Assembly (NCBI GenBank): GCA_030295235.1
Contig: AP026169.1
Location: 1-64,000 of the forward strand
Direction of reading: 5' to 3'
DNA length: 64,000 nt
From: Fistulifera solaris
Taxonomy: Eukaryota
Below are positions 23,214 through 34,279 of the stretch, piece by piece (position 1 is the stretch's first letter; the number at the start of each line of letters is the position of its first letter). The position numbers were made by a program, and so were the translations under genes. The notes beneath the pieces were generated by a model, which had not been told where the DNA came from, made no database searches, and saw only the letters and a list, made by a program, of their open reading frames with translations.

Positions 23214-24295
23214 GATTTGAAGTTTTTTTGCTGAAGAACTGATGAAGTTGATCGTTTTGACAAAACAAATGAATTATGAGACCAGGAAGGAGGATAATTT
23301 GCGATGGATGCGATGAACTCTTGACACGATGACCGAAAACGATTACAAAACGTAAAAGTCCTCTTCACAAGTGCCACGAAGTCATTTTCGTGCATTCGTA
23401 AGGCCCAGAGACACTATATGTAAACGTGTACGTCAATCAGATGGACGTAATGCCAGCTATCTTCTTCGTAAGATTCATCATCAATTCGAAGGCTAACGAT
23501 TTCTTGATACCGATACCGGTACCTGTCAGTATAATAACAATTTAATCGTCAGTCTTTCTTCAGTGGACATTTTTGGGCGTGGGGCATGGCACTTGGCACT
23601 TCGCACGCAGTATTGTCAGCTGGCAAGATCGAGAATGAATCAATCAAGAATCAAGATCAGCGTGTGCAATACGCAATACAAGTAGATCCAAAATAACTTT
23701 ATCATCACGGTTTGAGCTGAGCTTTCTTAGCTCTTAGTCTTGTTTGAAGTAGTAGCTAGGTAGCTAGTACTCCGTAGTACTTAACTACCAAACTCTTTGT
23801 TTTTATTTTATTCCGCTGAATGTACGTGAAACGTAAAATCTGTATCCAATCTATGATGTGAGACCTGAGACTGAGACTATCAGCTATCAGATACCAGATA
23901 CCATGTAAGACGTAAGAACGATGACTATGACCAACTCACTGACTCACGACTCCTCGTGACGTTTACTACAATATGCTGGGCGACTTAAAACTTCGTTCTT
24001 CGTTCACACTTCACACCACTACATGATATTTATATAGTCGTTTCATGTGTGTCCAACGATGACGCAGAGAACGTCAGCTGTTTCACGACCGACCAGGTGA
24101 TTGTGAGTTGTGAGCTGTGGACTGTGAACCTCTGGCTTCTGGCTAGATTGAGACCCAGTCAGACGTGAACTTTTTCCTAGGACCTGATACAACATGGATG
24201 TACAAAGGTACGGTACGTAGTGGCACCGTGCCGTACTGGTACTGTACCATACCAGTACAAGTATCTTCCAACTTCGAACGCATCACGCCGCAACA

Positions 24296-24835
24296 ATGGC
24301 AGCGGCTACTTTATCAATGGGATGTTCACTCTGCCATGGGACGCCGATCCTCTTTCACTCCTCAAGGTGTGTTGAGTATCTCCATACGAGTAGCTTTACG
24401 AACGATCAGACAACGATATCGCAAAGACGTTTTTCCGTCGAAACCAAGGGGAACGAGGTTCGCTTACTCCGTCAATCGCGGCCGTTGACAACTACTTTCT
24501 TTTACGACTTACATTATATGCCAGAGGATTATCTCGTTGTTGGGATTTTGACGCCTCCCAAAGACGATGGGACCTGTGAAGCACAAATTCTACTCGATCC
24601 GTACGGAAGAATATTAGGAGAACAGCGTTATGTCACGGTCACTTCCTACAAAGGACGATCGACGGCCGCATCACTTTCTCAACAGTTTCGACAGCGACGG
24701 GAAGAACGAATCAAAGAAGAAGACACGAAACAGTACAGGTATTTCAGATTTGGGGATCGATTTGTCGATTGCGCTTCTTTACCCTTTGTTGTGGAGGAAG
24801 TGGATGGATTGCCTGAGAAGGAATCAACGCTGTAA
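24296..24835 (+). CDS. Hypothetical protein, 179 aa
   Basis: ATG-initiated ORF with protein-like composition and an N-terminal CSLC. No recognised domain. Confidence 0.5.
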   Translation: MAAATLSMGCSLCHGTPILFHSSRCVEYLHTSSFTNDQTTISQRRFSVETKGNEVRLLRQSRPLTTTFFYDLHYMPEDYLVVGILTPPKDDGTCEAQILLDPYGRILGEQRYVTVTSYKGRSTAASLSQQFRQRREERIKEEDTKQYRYFRFGDRFVDCASLPFVVEEVDGLPEKESTL

Positions 24836-24979
24836 CGTATTATTTCGTCTTTAAAGCTTATCCATATGTGGTTTCAAGCAACGAACGATGAAATAAAAAA
24901 AAGAGAATGGAGACTACAGGTTCGGAATAGCAATGAGTTATACCAGGTATACATCTTATCGAAGTGGGTCGTCAACCGC

Positions 24980-25501
24980 TTAAAAGAAGTCCTTTTCGTC
25001 ACAACGAACGGTGTACGTGACTGCATCCAAATTGGCTTTCACAATCACGTACCACGTCTGTGCACCGAATCCCGTCGTTATTTCCTCTTCGCTATCCGGA
25101 GAGATGGAAGAAAAGTTGGGATTGGCAAAGCAATCTTCCGCATCGGGGTTCTTACAGAGAAACAAGTCAACATCGCCGTTTTGATCATTCCCGACGCCTA
25201 CGGTGATGCACCGGGCTCGATTGAAGTTACTACGCACGGTGAAGGAATAACGTCGGAAGAGGTTCAAGCCCAAGACATTGGGACCATTCGGTTCACCGTT
25301 GTTCAGTTTGATGATGTCTGTCGTTCCTCCAAAGCACAGGAATTGTGTTCCTCGACCGCCTTCAAACAAGCTCGCTTGAATGTTGCTCGATCTACCCAAA
25401 GTGAAGCAGAACACAGCCATGCTGATGAGAACGGCAATCGATGTTGCGGCGGTTCGTGTCATGGTCGATTCGGTCATCTTGGAAATATGTTCCTGCATCA
25501 A
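24980..25501 (-). CDS. Small secreted Cys-containing PPC-like protein (copy 4, intact)
   Basis: Uninterrupted ORF with a hydrophobic leader and all family motifs (QFLCFG, RRYSFTV, GDVDLFLC, TWYVIVKA, RCDE). The true start may be an internal Met. Confidence 0.85.
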   Translation of the reverse strand: MMQEHISKMTESTMTRTAATSIAVLISMAVFCFTLGRSSNIQASLFEGGRGTQFLCFGGTTDIIKLNNGEPNGPNVLGLNLFRRYSFTVRSNFNRARCITVGVGNDQNGDVDLFLCKNPDAEDCFANPNFSSISPDSEEEITTGFGAQTWYVIVKANLDAVTYTVRCDEKDFF

Positions 25502-25968
25502 GTAATGAATGTTGGGAAGGCGTGCCGCAAGAAGCGTTCGTATTTGTGTAAAACGACAGACTAGGCTTCCTCTTCTGAGAAATCTTTGTGCGAGACTTAG
25601 TGCGTGTCAAGAACGACGAAGAAAGTTCCAGTCAAAAATTTAGAGTAGCGAAAAAGTACTTTCAGTCTTGCCAACTCATCCGTGATGCAAGGAGACCCGA
25701 CTGGACCTAAGTCTGGCCTAAATTCAATGAGCAGGTCTTTATTTGAACGAGGGTGGAAAATAGGCTTGTGACGGGGAAGTTGGCGCGTGTTCAAGTCGTA
25801 GTTGAGAAAGGCTTTGACAGGTAATCATCGAAGCCATTGGATCGCCAGCGTATGCGTATTCCTTAGCCATACACTCCAATTCATGCCATGTTAATTAGTT
25901 ATCAACGGCACAATATCAATATGATGTATTCATAATAATTCTAACTTAACAGCTACACCAGTCCCTTC

Positions 25969-27380
25969 TTATTCTTTCTTCCCTTGATCCAAACCGCTCG
26001 TTTCTTTCTTGTGAATTTCGTGCACATCCGAATAAAAGCGTCTATTCAATTGAATAAACTGATAGAGCGGCATGGTTTCTTCCAAATGGCGATAATCATC
26101 GGTGGGTTCAACGTAACGATCCTCCAACGGCAACTGCGTCCAAAATTCCGTGTCATCCCGCAAATAAGGATGCACGTAAACGAATGCTTCCAAAACGCCA
26201 GCACCCAATTGTCGCGAACGAGCTGGACTCCATCCTCGTTCAGGATTCTTGTTAGTCCAGCAATCCTTGAAAGGCATTTCCAATGTCATACCCAAGCAAT
26301 TGAAGCGATTGCTCACTTGATTCGTAGCCACATTCATATACTGCGCAGCCTGTTCGGGTGACTCGGGCGGCGGATAACCGATTTCTAATTGCATGTCCGA
26401 GTTCGAACGTTCGTAGGCAGCACCAAAGGCTCCGTGCAAAGCTTGCAACCGTGGTCCCCATGCTGGGGTCTGTTCCGCACCACTAAGGAAATTGTAGGGA
26501 ATCTCTTCATCTCCGTGTACATCCAAAAGACGTCCACACCGGTTTCGTCCATGTGTCGTAACACCCAAAACACTTCCGGACTACGTTCCAACGTGGGTGC
26601 CTCGTAATAGTGTTTGGTCGCCCATTCTCGATTCAAATTTGCTCCGGCCGCGTTGGTGCGCAAATGGCCTCGTACCGCACCGTCAGGGCACATGCACGGA
26701 ACAATATAAAACGTGTACATTTCGAGAACTTGTTTTACCACAGGATCGTTCGTCGAATCATCATCATTGAGATTCAACAAACGACTCAACAATCCTTCGG
26801 CATAGAATTCTGCCATGGTTTCTCCCGGATGTTGTCGATGAATGATCCAGGCAAGGCGTTCTCCGGTTCCTACTTTAACACATTCGATTTCACGCCCCTC
26901 CAACGACTGTCCCAATGATAGGACAGTTGTCTTTTGCTGACACTTGGAAATCAGATCCAAGTGACGTTGATACGAGAAAGGAGGAAAATAGGCAAAGTAC
27001 ATGGTCCCCGTGTGTTGCATATCCCAAACGAGCTTGCCATTTTCGTAACGCGTATTCAAGACACGTTTCCAACTATCCGGATCGTACAAATCAGAACTGT
27101 AGCACACCGTAGCATCCTTCCAAGCTTCTGGATAAGAAGTCGTAGAAGCATTATCGAGAATGTATCGACATTTGGTTATGGAATCGTTGACCGTCGAACG
27201 AAAGGAAAAGTATTGCTTGTGTGCAATCTGCTCGAGTTCGGTGTATTCATCTTGTTTTACAACGACAATTACATCCGTAATGGTAGAATCTAATTCATTG
27301 GGACGTGTACTGCGAAACTGAATGTTCCCTCCGTCATAAGCACAAGAAATACGAACCGTGTTGTGATTGCTGTTCATCAT
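25969..27380 (-). CDS. M14 zinc carboxypeptidase, cytosolic carboxypeptidase (CCP/Nna1-like) type
   Basis: YDGGNI N-domain, YFAYFPPFS, RQHPGE, NLNR, LDVHGDEE and TLEMPFKD. One missing T at ~26527. Confidence 0.9.
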
Positions 27381-27796
27381 TATTTGAAGACTACTACTGC
27401 TGCTCGATGTTGTCCGTGCAAGACACTGCGAAGTCGGCCACGAAAAAAGCCCGTGAAGTCACAAGGAAATAAGACTGTACAAGGGGAATGCAGCGAAACC
27501 GCATTCACTATCAAAAGATTAAGAAGAGATGAAATAGAATGGATTACTCTAGTCACCGCGATGCAAAAGACAAGTAGTAATGAGTGATGATGTATTTGAT
27601 GCGTTGTTGCGTTGTTGCGTTGATGTTGTCTCGCTCCTCAATCTGTACGTCGTCAGTTTCCGCGACTGTAATTCAGTCACGAATGATTTTTTAGAATGAT
27701 AAAAATACGAGTACTTTCAACTAAACTGGTCATGAAAGGGTCTACCTGTCATATCTATGTTAAGACTCGGCTGTAGTTCCGTCAACCAAAGTCCAA

Positions 27797-30195
27797 TCAC
27801 GTTGCAATCCGCAGGCTTCGGCGCATTCCCCTGACGCTCGGAAAAGGAAGCGTACAGACTGCACAATCCACGACGCGCGGCCGCTTGGCACCATCCCAAG
27901 CGAGCCGGTCGAGGCTTCTGGTAATTGTCACGTCGTAATAACTGCTCTTGCAAGTCTGTGGCCCAACCGAATGTTGGTAGTTCTTGGTCAAGACTTTGTC
28001 CCTTCCGCGAGCCGCTTTCAGAGTCGCATCCTTATGAAACAATGCCGACGGATAAATCGTAAAATCAAACAAAGCACTTTCAATTTCTTCTTGTTCGTGC
28101 AGTTGTTTGCGTTCTTTCACGCGCTTTCGTTCTTCTTCACGTTCGTTTCCACGGCTGTATCCAGGACGGCGATCTTTGATGTGTTCTTTTCCCAAAGCCG
28201 TGTTGGGCGTAAAGTTGATCAAAAATGATTCCAAATCACCCAGTGGCATGACAGCTTGAGGAAGCGGCGGACAATTGTCGGCGTGCGAGGCATCCCTGTG
28301 GCGACAGGTCAATGCCTGAACCAACTGCAAACGCTGTTGCTCCGATACCATCCAGACAAAGTTGGAACCTCCTTGCACGACGGCGGGGGTGATTTCGTTC
28401 GCAAATACTTCAGGGGAGACGGGCATTTGCAACTCAGTAAAGTACACCCACCATTGACCGGCGGCATCGTCGGCACTGTGACCAATCCAAGTCACGTCGA
28501 ATGAGTCCTTGCAAATTTCCCAGGCGGCGGGGTGGAAGAAATCACCATGCATACGCCACTTGGCGACCTTGGCGTTCTCTTCACTTACGTACGAGACACG
28601 AACAAAGGAAGGAACCAAAAATGGACTCGATGGTCCTTCAATGACCGCGTCCGAGTTTTGTGCAGCATTGGTCAGGTCGGTGGAGGCCTGCAAAAAAAGC
28701 ATGCACGGCACGAATGGTGACCAAAGAAGACCATTTGGTCGATACGTACAAGTCGTGATGATCACTACTGACCAAATCGGGGTGCGTTGCCTTGTATAAC
28801 GAACTCGCATTTTCATCCAAATACGGTGGCGCCAATACCAAATCTTGTTGTCGCTTCTCCATAAATCCTGATTTCAGGTCATGACACGTATCGGCAGTGG
28901 TGGCACTAGCGGCTACCACAATCTGCACCGGACTGGGTCGTTCCTCCAAAGTCACATCCTCTTCGCCGAGCTTGCGATGCAACTTCCAGGGCTTTCCTCC
29001 ACAGGCTGTCAACTTCGAATCCATCCAGTCGGTCCATCGGTGACTAATAGGTTCGCAGACCATAATTTGGACTCGAGCAGCAATCAAGCCAGAAGCACAC
29101 ATCTGATTGATTTCTTCCAATTGTCGTTCTAAATGTGTAGCAGCGGTCTCTTGTTCCGACGTCCAAACAGCAGGACCCTCCGCATTCGGGAGCGGAGGCG
29201 CGGTTTCCCAGAGCATCGTACTGCCGCGACCGACACCGACGGTATTGATATTGAAGAGAATGCGACAGCGATCGGGAGCTTCCGTCGACGAACTGCCGCT
29301 GCCAAACCAATCGTTCCAGAGAGAACCCGTACCACGTGCCGGACGAGTCAAACTACCCAACGCCAAGCACTGTTTCAGCAATGCCTGATTCTCAGTATGA
29401 GGCGGAGGAGCATAAAAGTCACGAAATTCTTGTGTACCTCCTGCATCCGCAATGAAGCGAGCCGACACGACACCCGAATCGTCTCTTCCTTCAAAGTAAT
29501 CGGCCTTGCCGCGGGAACGAGAAAAGCGGTAGTAGTATTTCTGTGTGATACATATATAGAGAGAGAGTAAGAGAAATGTGAGATTTGAATATTTAAAAAC
29601 AAACGAAAAAAGACGCTTTTTCACGGTGGATGCGACAAGGATCTGAACATGTTGGGATGATAAACTGTCATTCAATGACGGAACACGCATGAAAAAGGAT
29701 GACTTTATCGTGAAATGCTCCTTTCAGATGAACTATGCTTATAATATCAATGGTCTCTTCCTTTCCTTGTCGTCTAACAATACTCAACGGAAACATCACC
29801 AAGCTCCAAACCAATTTTCACCGAGACACAAATCAACGTACCTGCAGGGGCCCTGCATACTCAAACCAGTATTTGACTTCCTCGGGTGGTGTATTCGCAA
29901 ACAACTGCTCTCGTTCGTGCAAATCTTGATACAAGGGTGCCAAGAAAGGAGCCAAGGGAGACGATTGTGCGGCCACGGGCATGTGCGTTGTATCGACTTC
30001 CGTCAAACGACGATGCTGTAGCGATGATTTGACCGATGACTGGTACGTTTCCTTCGATGAGTAATACATGGTGTGCGCATTCCAGCAGAAAAAAGCCGCC
30101 GCAATAAGCTTCGCACTCGTCCAACCCCAAGAAACGCCTCGCGACGATGATTCGTCCTCGATGGTTGTTGTTGTTGTATTCGTTTCTATTGACAT
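27797..30195 (-). CDS. Hypothetical membrane-anchored protein, two exons
   Basis: Exon 1 (30195-29842) with a hydrophobic segment. GT..AG intron 29541-29841 joins it in frame to the ORF at KYYYRFSRSRG. Frameshift at ~28872 into ORF 27797-28816. Confidence 0.65.
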
Positions 30196-30732
30196 GTTTT
30201 CGCCTTATTCTGCTGCGATCCTCAGTATTTTTGTTGAAGTGTTCTTGGTGAAAAGGAGAAGGATACGAACAACGATCAATTACAAGCAACAGTTCCAGCA
30301 ACAATGAATACACACAAGGCAAGAAAGTAGCAGTCTTACAAAGCTGTACCTGGTGCTGTAAAATCACGTGATAAAATTCTTTGGTGCGTTTTTTAACGCG
30401 GGGCGACACGTGTGTGCGAATAATCATCATCGACGCTCAACGGACACATTGCTGATACAAGAGAGTACACGCGGGGACAACCGTGACTGACAATTTTATC
30501 CGTGGATGGGCGGAAGAACGCACGGCAAACAGGGACTCAAATAATAAAGGATCAGTTCAGTCATGTCAGCCCTATTCCTACCAACAGAAGGCTATCCGCA
30601 GCGTGCGGCGCAACAAGAACCAATTTAACACGACGACGATAAAACAAAAAGAACAAAGGAATACAAAGTCAAAAAGAGCAGATTCGTTTTTCATACGCAA
30701 AGGAATCAAAAGAGGATTAGTATCTTATGAAT

Positions 30733-31267
30733 ATGACATCTTCACGTAGCAGTCAAAGTCACAAGGACGCGAGAACAGCAGCAGTAACAAACGACAGCAA
30801 CGACTTGAACGACTCTCAATCAGATATTCTTTTTCTACGCGGGGGCCATTCTGGTTGTTTTGATTGCGGTGAAAGCAGTGTTACAAGCTCTCACGAGTTC
30901 TTTGATCGTTCTGCCTTTATTGTATTTCTATTTATTGTCATCGTGTCCTCCCCTTGCGTCATTTCATGCCAAACAAGAATTAAAACGAGTCCTACGTGGT
31001 CATCATTTGCCGGAACAACATCCGAATAAACCGACGGGATTTTGGGAACAAACGATCGCTCGCGTTACCGCTAGTGTCACGACCGAGCTGGCAACGACAG
31101 TGGCGGGCTATGAAGTGACGTCTGTCTCTTTGGCGGGCGGTGCGGCTTGGTTTCAAACCGTCAAGCTGGGGCAACAAGAATTTTACTGGATCGGAGCCGC
31201 ACAGCGATGGTGGTATTTGTTTTCGCGAGAATTGTCGCCGTCATCGAGCTCTACAAAAAAGAAGTGA
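30733..31267 (+). CDS. Hypothetical membrane protein
   Basis: Removing one T from the run at ~30830-30834 joins MTSSRSS... to a hydrophobic ORF (ILFYAGAILVVLIAV...KQELKRVLRGHHLPE...YWIGAAQRWWY). Confidence 0.65.
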
Positions 31268-31677
31268 TTTGAATAAGGCAAGGAAAAAGGAGAAGGGAGA
31301 AACAATCAAGCCATCAAGGAGGGGTATATTTATAGTGTTGTGAAATTAGGTTTTTGAACTTCATACTTGCCGTAGTCGAGGCTCAGTTTATCTTTTTTAT
31401 TCCTTTTTATTCAATCTGATTTTGAGGGAGGTCTTACCAGCAACAAAGATCATCAAGCTGTTGACTCGCGCGACAATCTGGTTGTCAGAAGCCTCGGGCA
31501 CTCATCAGGATTTTATAACACGAGAAATACACTAGATTGAGGACCAACAGGGCTTGTTTAAACGGTAATATTTTAAAAGCTGAGTACTATTCTAAAGTTC
31601 CTTTACCCTTCTAATTAACGCGACCAACAACAACACAGAACACAGACACGGCGATAACACCCTCTTTCTCCTCTATT

Positions 31678-33844
31678 CTACTCAGCAGCGTTTTCGACAG
31701 CTTTCACTTCCTTTGTCGTGTCGATTTTGCCGTGTTTCGACGCTCGAACTTCCATGAGCTCATCCACATCTTCCTTTCTGGGACCACTTATGTCGTACGC
31801 CGAACCGCGGTGACTGGAAATGTCCAAACCCACCTCTTCTTCCAAGGGGTCGACACGGAACATACCGGCCGCGTTCAAAAGCATGAAAAACGGGGTTGTG
31901 ACACAACTGACCCATCCAATAATCCAAAAGATACAGCAGACCTGTACCAACAAAAGATGACCATCAAAACCGCCCTCCGAGTAAAACAAACCAGGATTGG
32001 CTGAGTTGTACCCGGCAAGGTCCATTAGTTCCGGCTTGGCAAACAAGCCGGCGGCGATGAGGCCCCACATGCCGTTACCCAAATGCACGGGGATACCGTC
32101 CACGGAATCATCAACTTTTAGAGCGATGAGTAGTTTCGACCAGGCAATGTAAACCCATCCTCCGACGATTCCAATGATGATGGCAGCCCAGGGAGTCACA
32201 CAAGCCGTTCCAGCAGTGACAGCCACAAGACCACCAAGACCTCCATTCATGGCCATAGTGAGATCGTAACTGGTTTCTCCCGTCGCCATGGATTCCAAAA
32301 TCGAATCCGTAAACAAGGCAGATACACAAGCGGATGCACCGGCTAGAGTCGTCGTGACGGCACTTAGGGAAGCAACGGCTGCCGAGTCCTCGTTTGCAAT
32401 TGCGAGAGCCGATCCGGAATTGAATCCGTACCCTGGTGGAAGCAACCGAAGCCAAAGAAGGAAAGGTCAGCGTTGGCTATTCGAGTAGCGCATGAACTCG
32501 ACATTCGGTTAGCCATCAGTGGCACTTACATCCAAACCACAAAATCAATGTACCCAACACCTGAAGAGCAACGCTGTGGGGCTGGAAGGTGACGGGTGTC
32601 TCCCAGGGGTTTCCATCTTCGTCGTAGAAACGTCCCTTGCGCGGTCCGAGGATAACAGCAGCAATCAATGCCGTGAGACCACCCGTCATATGGACGACAC
32701 CAGATCCCGCAAAATCGATGCATCCCACATCGCGAAAGTAACCGTCGTTATTGAAAGCCGACAGAAAGCCGTTGGAGCTCCACATGGAGTGTGCTACGAC
32801 AGGGTACACAAAACCCGTCAAGAAGATCGAGTAACAGAGATAGGCTGACATTTTGCATCGTTCGGCGACAGTACCAGCGACGATTGTGGCACAAGTCGCG
32901 GCGAAAGCAAACTGGAAGAAGAAACTAGCCCAAGAGTTGAAGTCACGGAGTCCAAAATAACTGTTACCAATGAAGGTCGAGCCAATGTGGTCGGCTCCAC
33001 CGTATGCAAATCCGTAACCGACGGTGTAGAATCCGATCGATCCAGCACAAATATCGAGAATATTTTGCAGCATAATGTTCTTGACGTTCTTGGCGCGAAT
33101 GCACCCAGCGCAGAGCATGGCAAAGCCAGCTTGCATCACAAAGACGAGCGATCCCTATGGAAATGAATACCATGAAACGGAAATGTGAAAGCGTGACATG
33201 TAGCAAGGATTGTTTGGTCATTTCAAATAAAAAAATAGAAGATGAACCAAAGTCACAAGGAGAAATCAAGAAAGAAGATAAAAAGTGAGAGGCGATGCTT
33301 CAGCAGAACGTCCTCCTTTCGGACAGACTTTGAATATACACGCAATAAGTGGGAAAGGTGTCACCCTTCTACTCTTTGTACCGCATTCCAATTCCCACGA
33401 AGTCAGCTGGCAATAATTGACATTGCAGCTCATAGGCACGATGAGAATGTTGCAACAATTTGAACCAAACAAGCAAGGAGAATCAGCAGCATCGTCGCTC
33501 ACAAACCAATCGAATGTGATCGTAGGATAACGGCGGCGCGTATTCGATTCAAATCGAGAGGCGGCCCTCCCATTCAAGCTACAAAAAGGATTTCGCATAC
33601 AAAAATGATAACAAATCGGAAATAACACAGTCATTCCTCGTCTTGTTTTCGAATAAAAGCAGCTGAAACAGTGCTCAAAGAGCTTCGTCAAGCGCAGCAG
33701 TGTGTAGCTTTTCGTGCTTACCGCATAGATAAGATAGAAGGTATCCAAACCAGTGGTGAGGCCCATCGTAATGTCGTAAACATTACAGATTTGCGTCGCG
33801 AATTCACCGTCTCGGGCGGAGCAGTACGTTTCGATATCACTCAT
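31678..33844 (-). CDS. AMT1: Ammonium transporter (Amt/AMT1 family), copy C
   Basis: All Amt motifs, including both pore His residues. Exons 33844-33722, 33154-32530 and 32432-31678. Introns of 567 and 97 nt. Confidence 0.95.
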
Positions 33845-34279
33845 GGCAAATAAAAGGACGCTGAGAAAGAGCTTGACAATTCAAAAACCCGAGTAATAAA
33901 ATACTCCGTAATGATGAAAAGGTAGCGAAAGAATGTGAAGCGAAGTTGTTGTCATCCGCCACAAAAAAGTTTGGATTCGGGTTCGCGCGGTCACGCGCAA
34001 GGTACATTACTGCCATACGAAGGAGCCACTCGATACGAGACAACGATGGAACTTTCGTCGGAGGTGTTGCAACTTCTTGCACCTTCAACGGCACCTATAA
34101 CTATGCACAAGCATAAAACTAAGAAATCGATAAGTATTTTTCAACGATAGAAAACGTCAGGAGCACAAACATTGAAATTGATAAAAGCCGTAAATTGATA
34201 ACACTCGCGTGAATAACGACAATTTCCAAAACAAACAAGAAACAAATAGCATCATCCCAACAAGGGATAATTCGCCTGT

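Noticed and set aside
24866..25564. 232-aa plus-strand ORF
   Set aside because: Antisense shadow of PPC-like copy 4, whose motifs are conserved in three paralogs.
29715..29805. Possible C/D snoRNA in the 301-nt intron (sense GGTGATGT ... CTGA)
   Set aside because: The C box is imperfect, there is no terminal stem, and I recognise no rRNA guide.
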